Under the pieces are notes generated by a model that saw nothing but the letters and a program-made list of their open reading frames with translations, ran no database searches and was not told the DNA's origin. A stretch of 64,000 nt of DNA, from the NCBI RefSeq assembly GCF_965662665.1, contig NZ_CBFIIF010000012.1:3098-67097 (forward strand), written 5' to 3'. Of this stretch, positions 22,174-31,523 are shown piece by piece (positions within the stretch are counted from its first letter, which is position 1; every line of letters begins with the position of its first letter). This DNA comes from Congregibacter sp. GTDB taxonomy: Bacteria > Pseudomonadota > Gammaproteobacteria > Pseudomonadales > Halieaceae. The position numbers and the translations under genes are program-made.

Positions 22174-23313
22174 TCAGTATCCACCGATTCGCGCAAAACG
22201 ATCCAGATGATAGTAGTAGTCACCCATCAAATGCTCCAGTACGCGGGCACGCTTCATGTATAAGCCGATGTCGTATTCATCCGTCATACCGACTCCGCCA
22301 TGCATCTGTACGCCTTCATTACTGGCTAGTCTGGCCACTTCACTCAGCTTAGCCTTAGCGGCACTGGCCAAACGCGGGAGGTTTTCGTCATCTGCGTCCA
22401 CGGCCTGCAGTGCTTTGAGGACGATGGAGCGCGCGAGCTCCAGCTCAGCAAACAAGTGTGCCGCGCGGTGCTGCAGCCCCTGAAAAGAGCCGATTACCTG
22501 ACCAAATTGCTTACGCTCTCTAATATAGTCCATGGTCCGCTCAAAGGATTCGAGGGACAGACCCAATAACTCAGCTGAGAATCCGATGGCCGCAATATCC
22601 AGTGTGCGCTCAAGCGCTTCCCAGGCATCACCTTCACCACCCATGAGCGCATCAGATCCAACGCGGACGCCATCCAGCGTCACCGCGCCGCACTGACGGC
22701 TGTCGACCATGTCACAAGCTTCAATATGCAATCCAGACGCATCGGCCGGCACCAGAAATGCGCTAAGTCCTGCCGTGTCTCCAGAAACACCACTGCTTCG
22801 GGCAATAACGACAAAGGCATTGGCGCTTTTTGCATCCAGTACCATGCGCTTTTCGCCGGATAAGACAAAAGCATCGCCGTCTGACGAGGCTGTTGTAGAC
22901 ACTCCCGCGGGATCAAAAGCTCCGGACTCCTGCAGAGCCAGGGTCACTTGCTTCTCACCCGAGGCGATCGCCCCCAGCCAACTGACTTTTTGTTCTTCGG
23001 TGCCCAGACAGTTAATCGCCGTGGCGCCCACGAGCACACTTGCCTCAAGGGGCGAGGCACTGAGATGCCGTCCAGCCTGCTCCAACACCACGCCCAGACC
23101 GGTGTAGCCATAGCCCAAACCGCCATAGGCCTCGGGAACAGCGATGCCCGCCCAGCCCATATCAACCATTTCCTGCCAAACCGCAGGATCAAAACCAAGC
23201 TCATCACCTGAGTCCCGGAGGTCTCGCAAATGCGCCACAGTCGCCTTGCTTGCCAAAAATCCGGCAGCGGACTCTTTTAGCATCACCTGTTCTTCATTTA
23301 ATACTAGTGTCAT
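22174..23313 (-). CDS. Acyl-CoA dehydrogenase, probable beta subunit of a heteromeric pair
   Basis: RKQFGQVIGSFQGLQHR, QMHGGVGMTDE; adjacent to a partner ACAD. Confidence 0.88.
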   Translation of the reverse strand: MTLVLNEEQVMLKESAAGFLASKATVAHLRDLRDSGDELGFDPAVWQEMVDMGWAGIAVPEAYGGLGYGYTGLGVVLEQAGRHLSASPLEASVLVGATAINCLGTEEQKVSWLGAIASGEKQVTLALQESGAFDPAGVSTTASSDGDAFVLSGEKRMVLDAKSANAFVVIARSSGVSGDTAGLSAFLVPADASGLHIEACDMVDSRQCGAVTLDGVRVGSDALMGGEGDAWEALERTLDIAAIGFSAELLGLSLESFERTMDYIRERKQFGQVIGSFQGLQHRAAHLFAELELARSIVLKALQAVDADDENLPRLASAAKAKLSEVARLASNEGVQMHGGVGMTDEYDIGLYMKRARVLEHLMGDYYYHLDRFARIGGY

Positions 23314-23325
23314 GACAACGAGACC

Positions 23326-24507
23326 TCAGGCGTCGGGTAGACCAAGCACGCGCTTGGCTACAATATTGAGTTGTACTTCCGAGGTGCCGCCCTCGATGGA
23401 ATTGCCTTTTGAACGCAGAAAACTGCGGACGATTTCACCGCCGTCATACTGGTCACCCGACCAACCCAACGCAGCTTCACCCCCCACCGCCAGATTTAGC
23501 TCGTTGCGTCGCTTGTTCAGCTCAGTGCCGTAGTATTTAAAAATCGACGATGCTGGACCAAGCCCTTGGCCGGCCTTTACCTCATCGCCTACGCGCTCCA
23601 TCGTAGCGCCGAATACCATGGTATCGAGCTGATGCTGAGCTATGTCCTGGCGCAGGATGCCGTTGCGTAGTCGACCTTCAGCATCGGCTCCCATTTGCTC
23701 CACTGCGGCTCTACCCAGAGACTTTCCTCCGGATGTACCGAAAGCAGAGATCATTTCTCGTTCGTGCGTGAGCAGGTACTTGGCGATTGTCCAACCCTGC
23801 CCTTCTTCGCCGACGAGGTTGCGCTTATCGGCGCGGGCATCGTCAAAGAACGTCTCACAAAACGGCGATGAGCCACTAATCAGTCGGATAGGCTTTACAG
23901 TCACGCCGGGCTGATCCATATCGAAGAGCACAAAACTGATGCCCTCGTGCTTGCTGCCGGAATTGTCCGTGCGCACCAGGCAAAAAATCCAGTCCGCCTT
24001 GTCTGCGTAGGACGTCCACACCTTCTGACCATTGATCACATAGTGATCGCCCTGATCGTCAGCGCGCGTTTGTAAGCTTGCCAGATCTGAGCCTGCGCCA
24101 GGTTCAGAGTAGCCTTGGCACCAGCGAATCTCTCCGCGGCAGATGCGCGGTAGATGCTCGAGCTTCTGATCCTCACTGCCAAACTTCAGCAGCGCTGGTC
24201 CAAGCATCGAAATGCCGAAAGAGTCCAGCGGGCGCCGGGCACCAATATTCGCCATTTCTTCCCTGAGAACTTTCACTTCTTCGGCAGAAAGACCGCCACC
24301 GCCATACTCCTTGGGCCAGTGGGGTACGGTCCAGCCACGCTCGGCCATGCGCTCGCACCATAACGGCTGCTCTGGGATGTCTACTTCGGGATTTCGCCCA
24401 CCGTTATAGATGTCTTCAAAGCTGCTGACGGGTTGGCGCATGGATTCGGGGCAGTTGGCGTCTAGCCAATCCCGGGTTTCCTGACGAAAAGTATCAATCT
24501 CGGTCAA
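23326..24507 (-). CDS. Acyl-CoA dehydrogenase, probable alpha subunit of a heteromeric pair
   Basis: WCQGYSEPGAGSDLASL, NGQKVWTS, LTHER, IEGGTSEVQ. TTG start at 24507 after GGAGG. Confidence 0.9.
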   Translation of the reverse strand: MTEIDTFRQETRDWLDANCPESMRQPVSSFEDIYNGGRNPEVDIPEQPLWCERMAERGWTVPHWPKEYGGGGLSAEEVKVLREEMANIGARRPLDSFGISMLGPALLKFGSEDQKLEHLPRICRGEIRWCQGYSEPGAGSDLASLQTRADDQGDHYVINGQKVWTSYADKADWIFCLVRTDNSGSKHEGISFVLFDMDQPGVTVKPIRLISGSSPFCETFFDDARADKRNLVGEEGQGWTIAKYLLTHEREMISAFGTSGGKSLGRAAVEQMGADAEGRLRNGILRQDIAQHQLDTMVFGATMERVGDEVKAGQGLGPASSIFKYYGTELNKRRNELNLAVGGEAALGWSGDQYDGGEIVRSFLRSKGNSIEGGTSEVQLNIVAKRVLGLPDA

Positions 24508-24630
24508 AGCGGAAGCCTCCTGAGGGTTAGGAATTCGAATATGAGGGGCATGGGCAGCCTGGGCCCGCGCCGCAAAAAACGGATTTGAACATACAGTATG
24601 TTTTGCTGTCACTCAAGTATTCTTCGCGAT

Positions 24631-24661
24631 AAAGAAAAGGCGCCGGTGTACTCCGGCGCCT
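24631..24661 (-). terminator. Intrinsic terminator downstream of the OmpA-family gene
   Basis: aggcgccgg/ccggcgcct stem with a U-rich tail on the minus strand. Confidence 0.7.
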
Positions 24662-24683
24662 CAAGATGTCCGCAAAAAGTATC

Positions 24684-25451
24684 TTAGCGAACTACCAGTT
24701 CCACCCGGCGATTGCGCTCGCGTCCGTCGCGGCTGTCGTTACTGGCAATAGGGTTAGCTTCACCACGGCCCATTGCACGCAACTGATCCGCATCGACACC
24801 TTGAGATACCAGATAATCGACTGCCGCTTGCGCGCGACGCTCGGACAAGCCCTGGTTGTACTCTTCAGGGCCCGACGTATCGGTGTAACCAACAACATCC
24901 ATCTTCACGCTGCTGTGTGACTTGATAACGGCCACCGCCGAATCCAGAGCCGCACGAGACTGAGCGTCCAAAGTGGCGCTGTCAAAGGCGAAGTTGAGGC
25001 GATCTACGGTGAGTACCACTTCATCCTTAATCGGACAGCCCGTGGAGTCCACCTGCACTCCCGATGGCGTGTTTGCGCACTGATCCATATAGTCAGCGAC
25101 ACCATCGCCATCACCATCCAAGGCGCAGCCACTCATGTCGACTTCCACGCCCGCGGGGGTATTGGCACAACGGTCTTTGTCGTCCATCACACCGTCGCCA
25201 TCGCTGTCCACTGGCGCAGCGGCGGCGGCTACTGGTGCGGGCTCCTGCAAGTCACAAATAACAGCGGCACCGACGCCAGCGCCCACTACGACGCCACCGA
25301 CTGCACCAGCCCCTCCGGCGGCCGCGCCCACGGCGCCGCCCACTACACTACTACCAACGATACAAGTCTCATACTCGCGCTGATCAACGGTACTACAGGC
25401 AGCAAGCACTGAGGCCGCAAGAAGCACTAGAAGCCGTGGTGAAAATCTCAT
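24684..25451 (-). CDS. OmpA-family lipoprotein with glycine zipper and TSP3-like Ca-binding repeats
   Basis: Lipobox LAAC, Gly/Ala zipper, two D.DGDGV.D..D.C.NTP repeats, NQGLSERRA and NRRVE. Confidence 0.92.
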   Translation of the reverse strand: MRFSPRLLVLLAASVLAACSTVDQREYETCIVGSSVVGGAVGAAAGGAGAVGGVVVGAGVGAAVICDLQEPAPVAAAAAPVDSDGDGVMDDKDRCANTPAGVEVDMSGCALDGDGDGVADYMDQCANTPSGVQVDSTGCPIKDEVVLTVDRLNFAFDSATLDAQSRAALDSAVAVIKSHSSVKMDVVGYTDTSGPEEYNQGLSERRAQAAVDYLVSQGVDADQLRAMGRGEANPIASNDSRDGRERNRRVELVVR

Positions 25452-25630
25452 GGTGATGTCCTTTCTTAACAATGTAGTCGACGTAAAATTCGTGAGAGGG
25501 TCGCCCTTGGCTCACGCCCAATCCCAGCGCCGGAGAGTACACCATTTGTGCGACGGGGCACATCTCACGAACTCAATGATTACCTCGGTGCTAGACTTCT
25601 TTGCCGCCGGCCGATTTGACGAGGATTTTT

Positions 25631-26398
25631 ATGTATCAAACACTGGAAATAGAGCGTCAGGGGACGATAGCTCACCTTTGGCTGAATCGTCCTGAGAAGC
25701 TCAACCCCCTATCGCTCCTCACGCTGCAGGAGCTTATCCGCGCCGCAGAGGAGCTCAACCAGGACACCTCCCTGAAGGTCGTTATCATCGGCGGTCGCGG
25801 GCGCAGCTTTTCCGCTGGAGCCGATCTCACAGGGTTCCCGGCTGCGGGCGACGTCGGCGCGCGAGATGCCGCCGATGCTGGACGACGCATGGCAGACGCC
25901 ATCGAGCAGCTCAACGCAATAACCATCGCGCGCATCCAGGGCTGGTGCATCGGTGGAGGACTGGTGCTGGCCGCCGCTTGTGACCTGCGTGTGGCGGCAA
26001 AGAATACGCGCTTCTCCATCCCCGAGGTCGACCTGGGCATCCCCCTGGCGTGGGGAGGCATCCCGAGACTTGTTCGAGAGATTGGTCCCGCGCTTACCAA
26101 GGAACTCGTCATGACCTGCCGGCCTTTTGATGCGAAAGAGGCCTTAAACGCGGGCTTCCTTAACAGAATAGTAGGCACAGACGAACTGGACGATGCTGTG
26201 GAAGAGCTAGCCGATGCCATTGCCGCGCGACCCACTTTCCCCGTGCAGGCGACAAAACGCCATGTCGACGCGGTGACAGCCAATCAGGTGGGCTTGTCCA
26301 GGTCCTGGGCTGACGCAGACAGCCTCCTCGCAGGCCTCGGCGACCCCGAGTGTCAAGAAGCGAGGGAGCGGTATCGGGAAGCAAAATCTAAACGTTAA
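25631..26398 (+). CDS. Enoyl-CoA hydratase/isomerase
   Basis: LNRPEKLN, FSAGADL, GWCIGGG, ACDLR, PEVDLG. Confidence 0.92.
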   Translation: MYQTLEIERQGTIAHLWLNRPEKLNPLSLLTLQELIRAAEELNQDTSLKVVIIGGRGRSFSAGADLTGFPAAGDVGARDAADAGRRMADAIEQLNAITIARIQGWCIGGGLVLAAACDLRVAAKNTRFSIPEVDLGIPLAWGGIPRLVREIGPALTKELVMTCRPFDAKEALNAGFLNRIVGTDELDDAVEELADAIAARPTFPVQATKRHVDAVTANQVGLSRSWADADSLLAGLGDPECQEARERYREAKSKR

Positions 26399-26401
26399 CC
26401 C

Positions 26402-27466
26402 TCAGCGGCCGCCAACCAGTTTGCGGTCCAGCATCACCTCAAGACGAAATACGATGCCCAGAACGCCCTCTCGCTTTTCTTCATACAGGTCTCTTCGCCA
26501 GTTGTAGCTCGGTTCAATTTCGTAGAACAAAAACTGACGGAAAAACTGTTTACGGTATAAGAACCCGAGCCGGTAGCTGGTCTCATAGTTTTGCGGCTGA
26601 TCTCGGCCGCTCACGGCGACGAAGTATTCGATGGCACTGGGAAACTTTGCGTGATCATCCAGCCAGCGCCGGTAGGTAAACCCCGTGTTGTAGTCCCAAA
26701 ACTCCTTATCCTCGCGATAGCGGACACGCCCGGCCCAACGCAACAAGCTCCTGTCATCCAGAATACGGTTCGCTTCAAAATTGGTGAGAGAGCGATAACC
26801 GTCCTCTGTATGGTATTGCAGGCGCTGGGTAAATCGCGCCCAACTGTTTTCGGAGAGAGGCTGCTGATAACGAAAACGCACGCCCGGCAATATGGCAGGG
26901 CCTGATCGCACGGATATAGTGGCATCAAGACGGGTACGACGACCGTCTCGAACATTTACACGCAGACCCACGTCATTCTCCTGACTGCGCTCCTCCTCAG
27001 TGAGAGTTTGCTCAGCCTCCTCGCCGGAAAACACCAGATCAACCCGTTCTGAAATTTTGGGGAGATCGACCTGCCCCCGGAGTCGCACCTTGAGATCATG
27101 ACCATCCCGTTGATCCCAGTCATCGATGAATACCGTACGAACAAAGGACTCTGCGCGCTCCGCATCACGTACCGAAGCTCCAAAAAAGTCATCCATCCAC
27201 TGGGCTAAGGCTTGGGTTCGGTTTGTGGCGTATTCGTGGCTTTTGTCGACCCAGTGTTTGCTCCCAGGGGTGATAGACCCCGCCACCGAGGTCTCCGTAA
27301 GCTCAGGATCATGGTTTGAGATTTGCTCCAACGCCATAGTAGTGCTCGAGGCAAAACTGAAAGACGCCAGGGCCGCAATACAAATATTTAAAGGTGCGCT
27401 TTTGGATTTTCTAGGCGACAAGCGAGGGACCTCACTTACTGTGAAGTGACAAACCATCATCGTCAA
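26402..27466 (-). CDS. Hypothetical exported, probably outer-membrane beta-strand protein
   Basis: Long ORF with a signal-like segment and alternating aromatic beta-strand pattern. The true start is uncertain. Confidence 0.7.
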   Translation of the reverse strand: MTMMVCHFTVSEVPRLSPRKSKSAPLNICIAALASFSFASSTTMALEQISNHDPELTETSVAGSITPGSKHWVDKSHEYATNRTQALAQWMDDFFGASVRDAERAESFVRTVFIDDWDQRDGHDLKVRLRGQVDLPKISERVDLVFSGEEAEQTLTEEERSQENDVGLRVNVRDGRRTRLDATISVRSGPAILPGVRFRYQQPLSENSWARFTQRLQYHTEDGYRSLTNFEANRILDDRSLLRWAGRVRYREDKEFWDYNTGFTYRRWLDDHAKFPSAIEYFVAVSGRDQPQNYETSYRLGFLYRKQFFRQFLFYEIEPSYNWRRDLYEEKREGVLGIVFRLEVMLDRKLVGGR

Positions 27467-27777
27467 TACCTAGTGTCATGTTCCTTAAAACCAGCCCTTC
27501 CTTGCAATGATACTCTAGCTACCCACATCAAAAACAGAGCGGCGAACGCCAGCAATGTCGGCTCCGTATCGCAATCTGTGAATCCCAAGCCAGGCTGGAT
27601 TATCAACCTAAAGTCCCACGGCAGAATATAGGTGGTTTGGGAGACGGGGTTGACCTGCACCTCGGCAACTTCCGCGCCTACGATCGCGATCACCCCAGCA
27701 AGGACTGTACTTTCTTCGATTACAGCAAGTCCTGCCAACCCTTGCGTTCGATATTTTACAGCCTTCAAAAAAAACAC
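27463..27777 (-). CDS. Small hypothetical membrane protein
   Basis: Fills the intergenic gap, overlaps the next ORF by 4 bp and has a C-terminal hydrophobic helix. Confidence 0.35.
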   Translation of the reverse strand: MFFLKAVKYRTQGLAGLAVIEESTVLAGVIAIVGAEVAEVQVNPVSQTTYILPWDFRLIIQPGLGFTDCDTEPTLLAFAALFLMWVARVSLQGRAGFKEHDTRY

Positions 27778-27821
27778 GAGGTGGCATGGAGACTGTGACG
27801 AAACCTTACAAGTACCGAGGG

Positions 27822-29306
27822 CTAGTCCAGATCCTCCAACATAGCCCCCGCAGCCAACCGCCCCGACATCGCCGACATAGGTACCCCGGCGCCGGGGTGC
27901 ACTGACCCACCGGCAAAGTACAGGCCCTTCACCTGACTGCGAGCGCCCGGTCTTGCAAAACTTGCCATGGGCCCATGGTTTGCGTGACCGTACAGCGCTC
28001 CCCCGCTCCCGGGAAAGCGTTCACTAAATCTCCGTGGGTCGGTCGCTACGCAGGACCCCTCGTCAAACTCCAGCTCGCAGCCGCATTCGCGGAGCAGCGC
28101 CAAGGCATTGCCTCGGAACTGCATCAGACTTTGGGGATCTCTAAAACGCCGATCTCCGTCAGCGGGTGCGTTGATCAATAACAGCAGGCGTTCGGGGCCC
28201 TGAGGAATGTTTCCACCAACACGATCCTGAGCACAGACGTACACCGTCGGGTATTCCGTGATCTGCCCCCGACCAAAGATAGCCGCAAACTCCTCGGGAT
28301 AGTCCTCGGCAAAAAACACCGTGTGGTAATGCAGATCAAAACCCGAGACCTTGGCGAGCATACAAAATGTGATTGCCGACAAGGCACGCTGGGTATGCAT
28401 CACCGCTTTGACACTCGGAACCACAGCCGCTCCGAGCATGCCTGTTCCCAGCGCAGAGATGTCACCGTTGTACACAAGCTGATCGGCGCGAAGCTCTCTG
28501 CCTTCTTCCGTGAGTACACCCACCGCACGATCGGCTTCCATCACGATTTCGCGAACGCCTTCGTCAAAGCAAAACTGCACACCTAAACCCACGGCTAGGT
28601 CTTTAAGCGCCACAGCGACGGCACGCATACCGCCGTCAACCAGCCACACGCCTTCCTGCTCTACATGCGCAATCAGCATTAACGTTGCCGGCGCCTTCAT
28701 CGGAGAAGAGCCTACGTAGGTCGCATAGCGACCAAAGAGCTGTCTTAAGCGAGGGTCGTTAAAGTGATCACCCAATGCGGACCACAAGGTCGAGAACGGC
28801 GCCGTGCGCCACATTGCATCGAGATTGCCAAAGCCCACGCGACGTACCAGTTCGAGCATCCCTGGCCGAGACGATGCGATAAACGGTTCGCGTAAGGTTT
28901 CGTAGATATCAGCGCTTCGCTCACAGAAAGCCCTATAGCCCAATGCATCTTCTTTACCCGAGAATTCTTGTATCGCCTGCTCGGATCGATCGGTACTGGC
29001 ATAAAGATCCAGAACACCACCCTGTCGCCATGCATGGCGCGCCAGCACGTCAGCTTTTTCCAAGCGCAGTCCCGCTTCCAGCGTTGATCCTGCGGTCTCA
29101 AAAAGCTCATCAAAAATCCAGCGCATGGTGAACACCGTCGGCCCTGCATCCACGCCCACTCCATTCACTGGTAGCTGGCGCATCTTGCCCCCAGGCTCCG
29201 CAGCGCGCTCGAGTACCGTCACCTTGCGTCCTGCCGCAGCGAGTTCGATGGCTGCCGCAAGCCCACCCACTCCCGCACCGATCACTAATGTCTGCCCGTT
29301 ATTCAC
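27822..29306 (-). CDS. crtD: 1-hydroxycarotenoid 3,4-desaturase (CrtD; phytoene desaturase family)
   Basis: IGAGVGGL FAD motif, DAGPTVFTMRWIF, DPRLRQLFGRYATYVGSSP, PTVYVCAQDR, GGSVHPGAGVPM: CrtD-type signatures. Confidence 0.8.
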   Translation of the reverse strand: MNNGQTLVIGAGVGGLAAAIELAAAGRKVTVLERAAEPGGKMRQLPVNGVGVDAGPTVFTMRWIFDELFETAGSTLEAGLRLEKADVLARHAWRQGGVLDLYASTDRSEQAIQEFSGKEDALGYRAFCERSADIYETLREPFIASSRPGMLELVRRVGFGNLDAMWRTAPFSTLWSALGDHFNDPRLRQLFGRYATYVGSSPMKAPATLMLIAHVEQEGVWLVDGGMRAVAVALKDLAVGLGVQFCFDEGVREIVMEADRAVGVLTEEGRELRADQLVYNGDISALGTGMLGAAVVPSVKAVMHTQRALSAITFCMLAKVSGFDLHYHTVFFAEDYPEEFAAIFGRGQITEYPTVYVCAQDRVGGNIPQGPERLLLLINAPADGDRRFRDPQSLMQFRGNALALLRECGCELEFDEGSCVATDPRRFSERFPGSGGALYGHANHGPMASFARPGARSQVKGLYFAGGSVHPGAGVPMSAMSGRLAAGAMLEDLD

Positions 29307-30052
29307 GCCGTCTGTGCCGCCCGCGCCTTAAAACGAATAGTCACCGCGCGCTGATGATAAATAATCAAGGTCAGACCGGTAATTAAAGGCACGGACCACA
29401 ATGCTGGTGTCAGCGCGATCTCGGGCAGCATACGTACAGCCCCAAAGGCAAAAAATGCGGTATAAACTGATATGCCAGCGCCAACCAGCGATTTAATATG
29501 TTCCTTAATGCGATCGAGGGGCCGTGGATTTGGCTTGTAGAGAAACCATAGATTCGTCGCCACAGTGGCAAAACCCACCATAGAAATAGCGACCATCAAA
29601 AGCTGATTCAGCTGCCAGCCCCGCCAGGCACAGTTTGCCGACACGATGGTAAGCAGCACTTGCAGCAGGAGGTTGTGCCAGGCGCGATTAGCCTGATGGT
29701 CCCGACGGTTTTGAATGCACAGCCATCCGTGCCATGCCAGATTGATAGTCAGGGTCGCCAGATACAGCATCATCCATCCGAAGATTCCAGCGATGAGCGC
29801 AGGATCACCAAACTGTGGATGATCGACTAGATGCGGATGTGTAGCGACGGGGTCTGACAAAGTCGTGAGGGCAATACAGATTGCAACGCTGCCGGTAACC
29901 AACATCATCATCGTAAACAGTTTGCCGAAGCGCGCATGATTCACTCCGCCCTTTCGCCCTGCCACAGGCACCCAGAAACTCACTAGGCCAATGGCACCGG
30001 TGACGATATGTATGGCCACAAAAATTTCAAACAGCGTATGGGTCGACATCAT
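29303..30052 (-). CDS. Hypothetical His-containing polytopic membrane protein (DUF2306-like)
   Basis: About 6-7 TM segments; H...G, RKGG..HARFGK, EHIKSLVGAGISVYTAF. The stop overlaps the crtD start. Confidence 0.75.
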   Translation of the reverse strand: MMSTHTLFEIFVAIHIVTGAIGLVSFWVPVAGRKGGVNHARFGKLFTMMMLVTGSVAICIALTTLSDPVATHPHLVDHPQFGDPALIAGIFGWMMLYLATLTINLAWHGWLCIQNRRDHQANRAWHNLLLQVLLTIVSANCAWRGWQLNQLLMVAISMVGFATVATNLWFLYKPNPRPLDRIKEHIKSLVGAGISVYTAFFAFGAVRMLPEIALTPALWSVPLITGLTLIIYHQRAVTIRFKARAAQTA

Positions 30053-30099
30053 CTCAAGGCCCCCCGATACTGCGCACTGTTATCTACACTGCCGAGATT

Positions 30100-31497
30100 A
30101 TGAGCAAACAGGCCCATTACGTTCCTCCCCGACCGCATTCTCTTGCCGCACTGCCGGCGCTGATGCGGGTGCTTTGGAATGGTGATGGCAATCTCCTGGA
30201 TCTTCTGCCCGCGGCGGCTTATCGCTTTCCTGTGGGCAATCTCGGGTACTCCCGACGTTCCACGGTGCTGTTTAACGACCCCGCACTCGTGCGCCACATT
30301 ATGCGTGATCCCGATGGCATCTTTCCCAAGAGCGATCTTATGGTGAACGCCCTCGAGCATCTCATCGGTGAATCGATCTTTGTCACCGACGGCGAAAAGT
30401 GGCGTCGCCAACGCGCGATGATTGACCCCGCCTTTTCGCATATGCGCATTAGTCTTGCCTTTAGGGCGATGCAGGCAGCGGTCAACGATTATGTGCACAC
30501 CCTCGAAGCGAGTGCCAACAGTGGCGAGCCGCTTTCTCTGGATCTGGCTATGAGTCAGCTCACCGCAGACATTATCTGTCGCACGGTGTTCTCTACCTCT
30601 TTGGATTCGCAGGTGGCTTTTGATGTGTTTGAGGATTTTACGGTCTTTGAACGCTCCGTCGCTCAAGTCGATATCAAGCGGCTGATCTTTGAGCCCGCCT
30701 GGACCAAAGCCCCCCAGCCTCAAGTGGTGCTTGATGCCTGCACCCGTATTCGAGGCCATCTGGCAACGCTCATCGATACCCATCTTGCCCCCGACGCCGA
30801 CTTTAACGATATCGCCAGTGCCGTGATCGCAGCGCGGGACAGCGACACTCAGAAGCCTTTCACCAAGGATGAGCTTATCGACCAACTCGGTGTCTTCTTT
30901 CTTGCGGGGCACGAAACCACCGCCAGCGTGCTGACCTGGCTGTTTTTTATCTGCGCGCAGCAACCGACCCTCGTCGCAAAAATGCGCGAAGAGATTGATC
31001 GCGTGGTAGCGAGTGACGGAGCCAATGACAGTGAAATCACCTTTGAGCACATGCGCCAACTGCCGCTGCTCAAAGCGGTGTTTCGCGAAGCGCTGCGTTT
31101 GTACCCCCCCATCACCTTTATGCCCCGGGTGGCCATGGAGGACACAACGGTGGGGCCACGAAAGTTGCCCAAGGGTGCACTGGTAATGATTTCGCCCTGG
31201 ACCTTGCACCGACATGGGGACTACTGGGAAGACCCTCATGCTTTTAAGCCCGAGCGATTCCTGCAGGAAAACGAAAGCGCGCTCACCGAAGGCGCCTATA
31301 TACCCTTTGGACAGGGCCCGCACACCTGCGTAGGCGCGGGTTTTGCACAAACCGAAAGCCTCTTGATCATTGCCGAGCTGCTGCGACGCTTTGACTTTGA
31401 AGCCCTGAACTCCCATCGCGTACGCCCCGCCGCGCGTCTCACCACGCGCCCCAGAGAACAAATATTCTGTCGCGTTACCCGCCGGGGTGCTTCTTAA
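30100..31497 (+). CDS. Cytochrome P450
   Basis: I-helix AGHETT, K-helix EALR, PERF, heme-thiolate FGQGPHTCVG. Confidence 0.97.
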   Translation: MSKQAHYVPPRPHSLAALPALMRVLWNGDGNLLDLLPAAAYRFPVGNLGYSRRSTVLFNDPALVRHIMRDPDGIFPKSDLMVNALEHLIGESIFVTDGEKWRRQRAMIDPAFSHMRISLAFRAMQAAVNDYVHTLEASANSGEPLSLDLAMSQLTADIICRTVFSTSLDSQVAFDVFEDFTVFERSVAQVDIKRLIFEPAWTKAPQPQVVLDACTRIRGHLATLIDTHLAPDADFNDIASAVIAARDSDTQKPFTKDELIDQLGVFFLAGHETTASVLTWLFFICAQQPTLVAKMREEIDRVVASDGANDSEITFEHMRQLPLLKAVFREALRLYPPITFMPRVAMEDTTVGPRKLPKGALVMISPWTLHRHGDYWEDPHAFKPERFLQENESALTEGAYIPFGQGPHTCVGAGFAQTESLLIIAELLRRFDFEALNSHRVRPAARLTTRPREQIFCRVTRRGAS

Positions 31498-31523
31498 GCT
31501 CATCGCCCCAACCACGATCATCC

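Noticed and set aside
27794-27810. PpsR or CRP site (TGTGACGAAACCTTACA)
   Set aside because: The spacing is TGT-N11-ACA rather than N12, the CRP spacer would be 7 rather than 6, and the site lies downstream of crtD.
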